From IMG/VR virus record IMGVR_UViG_3300031420_000399: DNA of 64,000 bases; one strand, written 5' to 3'. Within the stretch, counting starts at the first letter, position 1. Every line of letters starts with the position of its first letter. The DNA is from a virus (lineage: Duplodnaviria; Heunggongvirae; Uroviricota; Caudoviricetes). Shown here piece by piece: positions 37,563 to 45,815 of the stretch. The notes beneath the pieces are model-generated. The model was not told the origin of the DNA. It did no database searches and was given only the letters and a program-made list of their open reading frames with translations. A program made the position numbers and the translations under genes.

Positions 37563-37862
37563 ATGGACGCAGTCTACACCGCATTCCAGGCCCGCATCGA
37601 CGCACTGGTCTCCCCGGGCCGCAGCGCTTCGGAGTACCCGGCCTACGCAGCTGCTGTCGCCGAGATCGACGCCGAGTTCCAGGAGGCCCTGGCCGCCGAA
37701 TACCTCGGTGACATCGCCGAGTCCCGGATCGAGGCCATCGCCAACGGCGTCTACGCCCTGGCCTACGAGAACGGCCACGCTTCGGGCCGCTCCGAGGTTG
37801 AGAACCAGTACATCGATCTCGCCGACCTCGCGAACCTGGTCTACCGCACCGCCACGAGCTAA
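37563..37862 (+). CDS. hypothetical protein, family E copy 2
   Basis: AAGGAG SD; AYENGHASGRSEVENQYID. Confidence 0.85.
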   Translation: MDAVYTAFQARIDALVSPGRSASEYPAYAAAVAEIDAEFQEALAAEYLGDIAESRIEAIANGVYALAYENGHASGRSEVENQYIDLADLANLVYRTATS

Positions 37863-37877
37863 CAGCCTTCAGCTCGA

Positions 37878-37919
37878 AGCCAGAGCCCACGGTCTTTTCC
37901 CGGACCGTGGGCTCTGGCT
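37878..37919 (+). terminator. hairpin terminator
   Basis: AGCCAGAGCCCACGGTC / GACCGTGGGCTCTGGCT. Confidence 0.8.
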
Positions 37920-38022
37920 CATTTCCCGGCCGATTGTGGAGGAGGCCGATCGGGTGTACAGTGAAACCACCGGGGACGAGCATGGTGTTCTCCACGGCCG
38001 ATCTCTCAGAAGGAGTAAACAG

Positions 38023-38181
38023 ATGGCAACAGCGATCAGTGCCGATGTCCCCGTCGAGGACCGGCCAACGCCCCTCGCAGATCTCGTAGCCCAGTGCTCG
38101 CTCTGCCTCGATGAGTTCTCCAGCCCCTACGAGGCCTTCATGCACGAGCAACTCGACCACGAGGGTGACGCGCCCGAGTAG
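38023..38181 (+). CDS. 52-aa C2H2 zinc-finger protein
   Basis: AGAAGGAG SD; CSLC-x3-F-x8-H-x4-H. Confidence 0.65.
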   Translation: MATAISADVPVEDRPTPLADLVAQCSLCLDEFSSPYEAFMHEQLDHEGDAPE

Positions 38182-38253
38182 GATCAGTGCGCTCTTCGGG
38201 TGTGTCGATAGGTTAGCTCTGACAGTGGAAAGAGCAACCAAAGGAGATCCGCC

Positions 38254-38613
38254 ATGGCCACAGCAACTGCTCCCAAGATTGAGGTCTGGGAAGGCGTAGA
38301 CGGAGGAGTGCTCTCCGCCAGCCACGCTCGAAGCGTCCACGAGTTCGCCGAGGCAGTTGTCTTCGGTGGCGACGATGGTAGGCTCGACATCTTCTTCGAT
38401 GAGGACAGGGACTACGATCAGACCACTCCGGACGAGCTCATCGCTGAGATCGAGGCCTGGATCGATGCCCGTGACCCCCAGGGCTACCAGATTCCTCCCG
38501 AGCTCCTCGATCAGGAGCGCTGGAGTGACGAGGATGAGGCTCGCATCATCGACGCAGAGCTCGACGCCGACTCCCTCCCCGGCTATGTGAAGATCATCTC
38601 GGTGAGCTACTGA
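38254..38613 (+). CDS. acidic hypothetical protein
   Basis: AAGGAG SD. Confidence 0.85.
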   Translation: MATATAPKIEVWEGVDGGVLSASHARSVHEFAEAVVFGGDDGRLDIFFDEDRDYDQTTPDELIAEIEAWIDARDPQGYQIPPELLDQERWSDEDEARIIDAELDADSLPGYVKIISVSY

Positions 38614-38615
38614 TC

Positions 38616-38891
38616 ATGGAGTCCACCGCCATGCTCAAGGGGCTCGCAGCAGCTGAGGTACGAGAGCGTCGGCTCGCTGAGGAAGAGCGCATCGAAGTAG
38701 AACGCATCACCGAGAGCGCGCGGAAGGAGCTACCCACCGACGGTGCTCCCATTTCCCTGGAGAAGTATCTCTTCGCCGTGAGCAGGTCAGCCCGCGTGGA
38801 CCTCCTCGATGCAAAGCGTGCCCTGAGTCGGCTTCGGAGCTTCGGTGAGGCTGATTACAAGTTCGGGGTGGGAGTTTTCCGCAAGGGTTGA
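38616..38891 (+). CDS. hypothetical protein
   Basis: Tightly follows the upstream gene. Confidence 0.75.
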   Translation: MESTAMLKGLAAAEVRERRLAEEERIEVERITESARKELPTDGAPISLEKYLFAVSRSARVDLLDAKRALSRLRSFGEADYKFGVGVFRKG

Positions 38892-38907
38892 TTACCAGCA
38901 CCCTCTA

Positions 38908-38945
38908 GGAGGCCCCGGGCATGACTCTAAGCGCCCGGGGCCTCC
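38908..38945 (+). terminator. hairpin terminator
   Basis: GGAGGCCCCGGGC / GCCCGGGGCCTCC. Confidence 0.75.
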
Positions 38946-39100
38946 GCTATGCACATGCTTACGATGCTCCTCAGTCGGGACCTTAGAAACACAGCTACAG
39001 ACTTTTGGCAGCCCGTTGACATTCTGAGATTGCCCGCGTAGGATCAGATCTGAACCACCACACCATCGTTCAGATTTTCCCGACGGGAGTACACCGCGCA

Positions 39101-39601
39101 ATGACCACCACCGAGAAGCGTGAGAAGATCTACCTCAACCAGCTTCGCAGCCACGCCATCCGCAGCCCGGAGCTCATCGTCCCCGGCACTCGCGTGATCT
39201 TCGCCCACATCCCCGCGCACCTCGACGGCGACGCCTTCGAGGGCAAGGACTTCATCGACGGTGAGCTCGTGACGATCACTGCCGTGGCTGAGATGTCATT
39301 CATGGAGCTCCACCCCAGCGCTCCTGGTGGCTTCACCGGCGCAGACGAGAAGAACCTCGTCGTGCTCTTCGAGGACAGCAAGGGCCACCGGGGCTACCGC
39401 CACGCGGCCGACTGCGGCCTGATCCCCTACGGCATTCACTTCAACTCAACCAACATCGTGGTGAGCGTGGACTGCCTCGAGTCCCGGGGCTGGGAACCCG
39501 TCCTCGAGCCCTCCGCTGGCTACCGCAAGGATCTCGAGCGCTACAATCGGCGCTTCAACAGCTGGGATGGCACCGCTCCCGGCTACGACCGGAACAACTG
39601 A
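39101..39601 (+). CDS. hypothetical protein, one copy of repeated domain F
   Basis: IYLNQL..PGTRVIFAHIP..RHAADCGLIPY..FNSTN. Confidence 0.85.
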   Translation: MTTTEKREKIYLNQLRSHAIRSPELIVPGTRVIFAHIPAHLDGDAFEGKDFIDGELVTITAVAEMSFMELHPSAPGGFTGADEKNLVVLFEDSKGHRGYRHAADCGLIPYGIHFNSTNIVVSVDCLESRGWEPVLEPSAGYRKDLERYNRRFNSWDGTAPGYDRNN

Positions 39602-39611
39602 GGAGCACACC

Positions 39612-40640
39612 ATGAAGACCCTGCACATCGATGAGCTCCAGGAGTTCGCCCTCCGGGACATGAACCGGCTCAAGCCCGGCGCTGAGGCGCTTCAGGTCCA
39701 CATCCCGGATCTCACACAGGATCCCGGATTCTACCGCTTCATTCGAGTTCCTTCCGCGGTTCGAGTGACCGTCGACCGGGTTGGCATGATGGCCTACCAC
39801 GAGCTCGAGCCCGAGGCGCCTCGGAGCCCCGGGGACGAGAATCGAGTCCTCTCGGTCTACACCTACACGGCAGAGGATGGGCACTCGAGCTACCGCTTCA
39901 CTTCGGACGCTGGCATCACGGCCTACGAATCGGGGATCTACAACACATCCAACACCCTGGTGCTCCTGGAGGACCTGAAGGAGGCAGACATCGAGGTCTC
40001 CCTGGTTCCCTCCCCTCAGTACCAGGCAGCGCTCGATGCCGAGGAGGCAGAGCTCCGAGCCAAGAAGGAGGCCGAGGAGGCCTACGACAGCCCCGAAGCG
40101 GTCGCAGCCCGGGCTGCCGCCACCATGGAGAAGGCTGCCATCAGTGGTCAGATCCACCTCAACGAGCTCAAGGACCTCGCGGTGCGGAATCCCGAGGAGC
40201 TCACCCCGGGCACCGAAGTGATCTTCGTCCACCTCCCTGACCTCCGCCACCCAGAGGATCGGGATGCCAGGGACTCGGCCTACGCTCACGCAGGAATCGT
40301 CACCGAAGTCAAGGTCATGTACCCCAGTGACCTCTCCCCGAACCTCGATCGACTCAAGGGCGAGAAGGAGGACACGATGATCCTCTACAGCGAGGGCGAT
40401 GACAAGCAGCGCCACCGCTACGCAGCTGATTCGGGCGTGATTCCCTACAGCCACTCCGGAACCGGGAAGCCCTGGTACAACCCCACCAACTTCACGGTGC
40501 TCCTCGCTCCCCTCAACGAGGCTGGAATCGCTCCGGTCTTCGATGTGACCGAGGACTTCGCCGACCGGCTCGAGGACTACAACTCGAAGATCAAGGTCCG
40601 GGACTACGACGACTACTACCCCTGGGGTGACGAGTACTAA
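39612..40640 (+). CDS. hypothetical protein, two tandem copies of domain F
   Basis: GAGGAG SD; LHIDEL..PGAEAL.VHIP..SDAGITAY..YNTSN and IHLNEL..PGTEVIFVHLP..AADSGVIPY..YNPTN. Confidence 0.85.
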   Translation: MKTLHIDELQEFALRDMNRLKPGAEALQVHIPDLTQDPGFYRFIRVPSAVRVTVDRVGMMAYHELEPEAPRSPGDENRVLSVYTYTAEDGHSSYRFTSDAGITAYESGIYNTSNTLVLLEDLKEADIEVSLVPSPQYQAALDAEEAELRAKKEAEEAYDSPEAVAARAAATMEKAAISGQIHLNELKDLAVRNPEELTPGTEVIFVHLPDLRHPEDRDARDSAYAHAGIVTEVKVMYPSDLSPNLDRLKGEKEDTMILYSEGDDKQRHRYAADSGVIPYSHSGTGKPWYNPTNFTVLLAPLNEAGIAPVFDVTEDFADRLEDYNSKIKVRDYDDYYPWGDEY

Positions 40641-40695
40641 GCCCCAGAGGCACCAGGCCGGCAATCCGCAGAACTGACTTTCAGAAAGTAGACAG

Positions 40696-40998
40696 ATGTT
40701 CGACAAGCAACGCATCCTCCACCACCTCCCCAGCGGTCAGCGTTGGATCATCCACCCGGACGACCTCGACGAGATCCTCGAGGATCAGAGCTGGAAGAAG
40801 GAAGACACCGAGCTCCTCACCGTGGATCAGGCAAAGCCCGATGAGGTTGCCGAGATGGTGGGCAACTGGTTCGAGGATGAGAACTACCACTCCCTGGCAG
40901 CGGCTCCCCACAGCTTCCTTCGGGAGATGAGGAAGGACGGCAGTTTCACTGAGGAGCAGCAGATCAAGGTCCTGAAGATGATCGCAGGCATGGGATGA
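40696..40998 (+). CDS. hypothetical protein
   Basis: Typical codon bias. Confidence 0.8.
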   Translation: MFDKQRILHHLPSGQRWIIHPDDLDEILEDQSWKKEDTELLTVDQAKPDEVAEMVGNWFEDENYHSLAAAPHSFLREMRKDGSFTEEQQIKVLKMIAGMG

Positions 40999-41243
40999 TC
41001 GGCCAGAAGACGCTCAAGCTTCCGGTGATTCGGGCTTCCCTGGTGAAGCTCGGCGCGGAGATGGGTCGACGCCAGAGATCGGGTGAGCTGGTGGTATTCC
41101 GGGCAGTGAAGCTCACCACCTACTGGACCGGTGTGCCATCGAAGCTCGATGGCTACGCATCGGACTGGCACAGCTCCGAGAGGCGCTGGATCCCGGTCTC
41201 GGAGCTTGAGGCCGATCAGATAGAGCTCGAGCGCGTGGTCTGA
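40995..41243 (+). CDS. hypothetical protein
   Basis: ATGA overlap with the upstream gene. Confidence 0.75.
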   Translation: MIGQKTLKLPVIRASLVKLGAEMGRRQRSGELVVFRAVKLTTYWTGVPSKLDGYASDWHSSERRWIPVSELEADQIELERVV

Positions 41244-41318
41244 ACTCTTAGGCTGATTCCAATATGGAACACTGAATTTTTGTTTCATATTCTGCATATG
41301 AATTAGGGCTCCAAGAAA

Positions 41319-41372
41319 AACTGAGGGCAACTTCCGAAAGGGGTTGCCCTCAGTTCGTTGGCTGTGTAGGTT
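41319..41372 (+). promoter_or_regulatory. stem-loop overlapping a promoter -35 element
   Basis: AACTGAGGGCAACTTCC-GAAA-GGGGTTGCCCTCAGTT; TTGCCC(41344)-N17-TAGGTT(41367). Confidence 0.65.
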
Positions 41373-41421
41373 AGAAAAGACCACCACAAACCAGCGCAAA
41401 CCTGTCCTAAGGAGCACACCC

Positions 41422-41628
41422 GTGGAAACCATTTCGACTAAGACCGACATGATCCCCGTGCAGCTTGTCCACATCAACGAGGAGAGCGAGATCGCGGTGA
41501 TCCTCGAGGAGGGTGACGGGCTCAAAAGAGGCGTCAATCTCTGGCAGGTCGAAGGCCACGAGCGCAAGTCCGATGGCCTTCGTTCCTGGCGCTACCGGGC
41601 AACGAAGGTAGCTGCAGCAGGCATCTGA
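41422..41628 (+). CDS. small hypothetical protein
   Basis: TAAGGAG SD before GTG 41422. Confidence 0.75.
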   Translation: METISTKTDMIPVQLVHINEESEIAVILEEGDGLKRGVNLWQVEGHERKSDGLRSWRYRATKVAAAGI

Positions 41629-41756
41629 CCCCGTGCTTCGATAGTCTACCACTTCTTCGAGAAAACTCTCTTCGAGCTGACGGTTGCTTTCTCCGGGGAA
41701 TCCAAATAGGTTTAGCTTCACACCACATCACAACCGTTCTTCGAAGGAGAACTCCC

Positions 41757-42047
41757 ATGGCAACCGCCGCCGTCATCGACACCACGAAGCCCTTCCTCTA
41801 CATCTCGCCCTCGCTGATCGGTGATTCGGAGCTCCTCCGTAAGACCCTCTTCGATCTCAAGTCCATCGACAAGGCGCTGGATGCGGTGGAGGCCCGCGAC
41901 GGCCGATCGGACGCCCTCGATGAGCCCCTGGAGTCCGCCCGTACGGCGCTGGCAGCAACCAAGGACGCGCTCATCGAGGCCTACGCCATCGCAGCCACCG
42001 AAGAGGCCTACGGCGAGGACTTCGACGCCGCCTTGCTCGCCGCCTGA
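41757..42047 (+). CDS. hypothetical protein
   Basis: GAAGGAG SD. Confidence 0.85.
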   Translation: MATAAVIDTTKPFLYISPSLIGDSELLRKTLFDLKSIDKALDAVEARDGRSDALDEPLESARTALAATKDALIEAYAIAATEEAYGEDFDAALLAA

Positions 42048-42069
42048 GTCGCTCAGGGAACAGCCTAAG

Positions 42070-42102
42070 AAAGCCCGCCAGTTGTGCTACTGGCGGGCTT
42101 TT
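42070..42102 (+). terminator. intrinsic terminator
   Basis: AAAGCCCGCCAG / CTGGCGGGCTTTT. Confidence 0.85.
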
Positions 42103-42170
42103 CCCCTACCCGGTCGCTGCCTGTGAAGCTCGTGGTTGTGTAGACCGCTCCGAGGGCATATGATGAATCC

Positions 42171-42524
42171 ATGACCACCGAAGCTACGCCCACCGCTGCC
42201 CGCTGGGGTATCTCAGAGCCTGTCGCTCCCGTGATCCCCCACGAGCGAGTCCTGGACTTCCTTCAGAACGCGCCTGGCGGATCGCTCGTTGAGATCTTCG
42301 ATGACATCTACCAGAAGAGCTTCTACAAGAACAAGTGGCTCCACCTCAACGATGTGCTGGACTACGAGTACAACCACTCCACTCCCGAGCAGCTCGCTCC
42401 GGACTCTGCACTGACCCAGGTCTTCGCTCTCCGGATCGGCGAGGGCGGCTACAGCTCCGAAAACCGAGAGTCGCAGCAAGCCCGCATCGATGCTGCCATC
42501 GACGCCCGGAATAGCGCTTCCTAG
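42171..42524 (+). CDS. hypothetical protein
   Basis: Leaderless TTGTGT..TATGAT promoter. Confidence 0.85.
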   Translation: MTTEATPTAARWGISEPVAPVIPHERVLDFLQNAPGGSLVEIFDDIYQKSFYKNKWLHLNDVLDYEYNHSTPEQLAPDSALTQVFALRIGEGGYSSENRESQQARIDAAIDARNSAS

Positions 42525-42576
42525 TACGCTCACCACGAACCGTAGAACTCATCAGCTACAGAGAATCGAGAGACAG

Positions 42577-42969
42577 ATGTCCGGCATGTTGCTAGCTCAG
42601 CGCAAGATCACCATCGGCCCCAAGGGTGCACCGACCTACATCGGTGAGTTCCACAACCGCTACGGGGACGAGGAGCAGCTTTTCCATAGCTACTGTGGGG
42701 AACACGCCGACTTCGGTACCTGCGGTACGCAGGAGGAAGCACAGCGTGCGGCCGAGGCCCACCTGCGAAAGTTCCACTCGGAGCTCCTCCCCGTGGGCAC
42801 AATCCTCTTCACCGAGGCGCAGCTCGCGGACGAGCTTCGCTACCGGCTGCGCACTGTAGCTGCCCTGGCCCTGAGCCGCGGCAAGCACAAGGAGAAGCTC
42901 CCGGACAACTTCATCGAGGAGCAGGTTCTCCTCGCCACCGAATCACTCAAGCTCAAGAGCGAGAAGTAG
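42577..42969 (+). CDS. hypothetical protein with HxxC..C..H motif
   Basis: ATG 42577; HSYCGEH..CGT..H. Confidence 0.75.
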   Translation: MSGMLLAQRKITIGPKGAPTYIGEFHNRYGDEEQLFHSYCGEHADFGTCGTQEEAQRAAEAHLRKFHSELLPVGTILFTEAQLADELRYRLRTVAALALSRGKHKEKLPDNFIEEQVLLATESLKLKSEK

Positions 42970-42979
42970 GAGATCATCC

Positions 42980-43852
42980 ATGTCCCGTCAAGTCCGTCGA
43001 ATGCCCCTCGACTTCGATTGGCCCCTGAGCCTTGTCTGGGATGGCTATCTCCGACCCGAGAAGTTCCAGGAGGAGAGCTGCCCCGACTGCGAACACGGCT
43101 ACTCTCCCGAAGCCCTGGTCTTCTACCAGGAGTGGTATGGCTACATCCCCTTCGATCCTACCTCCACGGGATCCACACCCTTCCTCCCCGGTGGTCCTGA
43201 GGCTCAGCACTGGGCAAAACGACAGATCGAGCAGAGTCCGAATTTCTACGGCACCGGCGTGCTGGCCATTGCCCGGGAAGCAAAGCGGATCACTGATCTG
43301 TGGAACGGAAGCTGGTCCCATCACCTGAGCCAGGCAGATGTGGACGCGCTCCTCGAAGCCGATAGGCTCATCGAGTACACCCACGACTTCATCTCAGGTA
43401 CTGGCTGGGTTGAGAAAGAGAACCCCGTCCATCCCACAGCTGAGCAGGTCAACAGCGGCTACCTCTTGGGCTTCGGCCACGACGCGATCAACGCATCGGT
43501 CTGCATGAGCGCCCGGGCAGATCGCGAGGGTGTTCCCTATACCTGTGCGACCTGCGAGGGCCACGCGTCTGTCGAGGCCTACCCCGGACAGCGGGCCGAA
43601 TCCGAAGCCTGGGAGCCTGAGAAGCTCCCTCAGGGTGATGGTTGGCAGCTCTGGGAGACAGTCTCAGAGGGATCGCCGGTGACCCCAGTCTTCGCAACCG
43701 CTGAAGAGCTTGCTTCCTACCTCTTCGACCGTAGCGATCTCTTCGGCCCGGGCTGGAAGGCTGAGAATGAGGCATCCGTACTCAGCTGGGTGCAGGGCGA
43801 TGGATGGATCCCCAGCGGCATCTTCCCCGAAGAGAAAGCAGTGATCGGCTGA
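42980..43852 (+). CDS. phage-type hypothetical protein with split CxxC pairs
   Basis: RRMPLDFDWP..CPDC..CATCEG..GWQLWETVSEGSPVTPVF. Confidence 0.85.
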   Translation: MSRQVRRMPLDFDWPLSLVWDGYLRPEKFQEESCPDCEHGYSPEALVFYQEWYGYIPFDPTSTGSTPFLPGGPEAQHWAKRQIEQSPNFYGTGVLAIAREAKRITDLWNGSWSHHLSQADVDALLEADRLIEYTHDFISGTGWVEKENPVHPTAEQVNSGYLLGFGHDAINASVCMSARADREGVPYTCATCEGHASVEAYPGQRAESEAWEPEKLPQGDGWQLWETVSEGSPVTPVFATAEELASYLFDRSDLFGPGWKAENEASVLSWVQGDGWIPSGIFPEEKAVIG

Positions 43853-43891
43853 TCGTTGCTATGGTATCAGCGATGGTGTAGGGTAGATTTC

Positions 43892-44194
43892 ATGGATAAC
43901 AACATCTCTGTGGATGGCTTTGCTGGGCTTGCTGAACTCTTCGAGAGGAACGCTCGGGAACAGCCGCTGACGACGATTACAGTCGTCAACTTCGACAGGC
44001 TTCCCATCGCTTTGGCCGTTGAACCGCGAATGGAAGAGGCAGTAGCCATGGTTCGCAGGAACGGAGGCACTGTCGTCTACTCTCGAACTGCCTACGGATC
44101 GCAGGTCGTTTGGAGTCGTATCTGCATCCAAACCACCAACTCGCTGACTGCCTGGTTCTTCCGAGAGATCGTCGAGATCAACCAAGGCCGTTAG
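43892..44194 (+). CDS. hypothetical protein, possible paralogue of the next ORF
   Basis: Leaderless TTGCTA..TAGGGT promoter. Confidence 0.75.
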   Translation: MDNNISVDGFAGLAELFERNAREQPLTTITVVNFDRLPIALAVEPRMEEAVAMVRRNGGTVVYSRTAYGSQVVWSRICIQTTNSLTAWFFREIVEINQGR

Positions 44195-44287
44195 GCTGAC
44201 TATTTCAGCCCTGTAAACACTGACAGCACTTTCCGTGAACGGAGTAGCCGTCAGTTAGAGATCATTCCCAAAGCCAGGGAGTGGACC

Positions 44288-44563
44288 ATGAACAGCATAG
44301 CCATCGAGGACATCCTACGGGAGCTCAGCTTCGTATCACCGGAGCTGAGCTCCTTTGTTCATACTGAGGACTTCATCCTTCCCCTAGCAGCTGAGGACAG
44401 AGCCCACGAGCTCCTCCGGGTGGCTCGGCAGTCGGGAGCTTCGGTCCACTACAGCTCAGAGAGTGGAGAGTCGGGGCTGGTCTGGAGAGACGCTTACTTC
44501 TCGGGACCCACAGAGCTCCTCATCCGGCTCCTCGAGGGGCTCCGAGAGTGCCGGAGCTCGTGA
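44288..44563 (+). CDS. hypothetical protein
   Basis: GGGAG SD; weak similarity to 43892..44194. Confidence 0.75.
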   Translation: MNSIAIEDILRELSFVSPELSSFVHTEDFILPLAAEDRAHELLRVARQSGASVHYSSESGESGLVWRDAYFSGPTELLIRLLEGLRECRSS

Positions 44564-44815
44564 GCCTGAATCTACGAGCACTGGGGCTGGGCTCGTTGGT
44601 TTCAAGGCGAGTCCCGGCGTTGCCTCTGGCAGCCTGAGCGCGCAGGCTACAGCATCGACAAGGCCGATACTCTAGGCTGTGTCCGAGCCCATTCTGAGTG
44701 ACCTTTGGCTCAGAACACAGATCCAACATCACGATGCGTGAGTTTTGCTATCCGCCCGAAAGCCAACCGGTAGGCTGTTAGATAGTTCTGTGAAAGCTCG
44801 ATCGAAGGAGACCCC

Positions 44816-44950
44816 ATGAGCGACAGTCTACTCTCAGTATCTTCGGCCTTCGGCGGAGCCTACCAGGATCTCTTCGAGTGCGACGGCGGTGTTCCGGGAT
44901 TCACCGATGTGCAGCTTCAGGCAGGTCAGGGAGTCGGCTACCAGCGCTGA
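44816..44950 (+). CDS. 44-aa peptide (not in the ORF track)
   Basis: GAAGGAG SD; MSDSLLSVSSAFGGAYQDLFECDGGVPGFTDVQLQAGQGVGYQR. Confidence 0.55.
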   Translation: MSDSLLSVSSAFGGAYQDLFECDGGVPGFTDVQLQAGQGVGYQR

Positions 44951-44996
44951 TCCTGAGGCCATTGTGCTCAGATCAACTCCCGTGTAAGATAGCCCC

Positions 44997-45236
44997 ATGG
45001 CATTTCAGCGCTTTTCTCTTCGAGGCTTCTCCGACAGCTTCACTGTCCGTCGCACAGTGAACCTCATCGGCGAGCGCTACAGCTGTTCTGCAGAGCTCTA
45101 CGAAGGCCGCCACCTCCGCCGTAGGATCGACAGCATCCGATCCTTCGTCCCCGCCTTCAGCGGTGAAGTAGCGGGCGATGAGATGACAGCTGAGTTCCAG
45201 AGGCAGCTCCTCGAACGCCACGGGCTCCGGGGCTGA
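44997..45236 (+). CDS. small hypothetical protein
   Basis: Leaderless TTGTGC..TAAGAT promoter. Confidence 0.75.
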   Translation: MAFQRFSLRGFSDSFTVRRTVNLIGERYSCSAELYEGRHLRRRIDSIRSFVPAFSGEVAGDEMTAEFQRQLLERHGLRG

Positions 45237-45292
45237 ACTTCGGTAGGATAGCTAAAAGGTCAACCAGTAGCTAAGCACCAGGGAGTACCGCC

Positions 45293-45643
45293 ATGGCAAC
45301 AATCGAAGCCACCGACAAGTTCATCCAGGAGCTCAAGGAGATCCTCACCGAGGACTACTTTGCGCGCACCGAAGAAGGTGATCGAGTTGAGTCTGAGCTC
45401 GACCCCGAGAAGAGCTTTGAAACCGTCAGCGTCGAAGCCCAGGGAAAGCGCCGTTGGACCGAACGCTATTCAGTCGTAACGAAGATCCCGGACGGGCGAT
45501 TCTTCCGCTGGGAGCACGAGGTCGCCAACACTGAAATGCAGGAGAACGAGGGGCCCGCAGAGTACGGAGAGCCGTCGCTGACTGAGGTCTTCGAGCACAA
45601 GAAGGTCACGGTAGTCTACGAGTACACCACCGAGGACAACTGA
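45293..45643 (+). CDS. acidic phage-type hypothetical protein
   Basis: GGGAG SD; RRWTERYSVV..DGRFFRWEHE..TEMQE. Confidence 0.85.
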   Translation: MATIEATDKFIQELKEILTEDYFARTEEGDRVESELDPEKSFETVSVEAQGKRRWTERYSVVTKIPDGRFFRWEHEVANTEMQENEGPAEYGEPSLTEVFEHKKVTVVYEYTTEDN

Positions 45644-45668
45644 CTTCTGCAGAATCCTCCAATTCGAC

Positions 45669-45697
45669 GCTAAAGGGCCTTCAATGGCCCTTTAGTG
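45669..45697 (+). terminator. hairpin terminator
   Basis: CTAAAGGGCC / GGCCCTTTAG. Confidence 0.65.
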
Positions 45698-45815
45698 CAT
45701 TTTACAAGGAAATAGACAAAATAATTGCAACGAATTCGGCGTTGCGTTTGACTTTCGCCAGATAGTGCGATAATACTGGTGCTAACCCAATACACATCTA
45801 CCAGGGAAAGTCAAC

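Noticed and set aside
7659-44232. ACTGACAGC recurring upstream of SD-led genes (about 7660, 12219, 44219)
   Set aside because: Short, only three copies and no consistent -10 spacing; could be a weak -35 variant or chance
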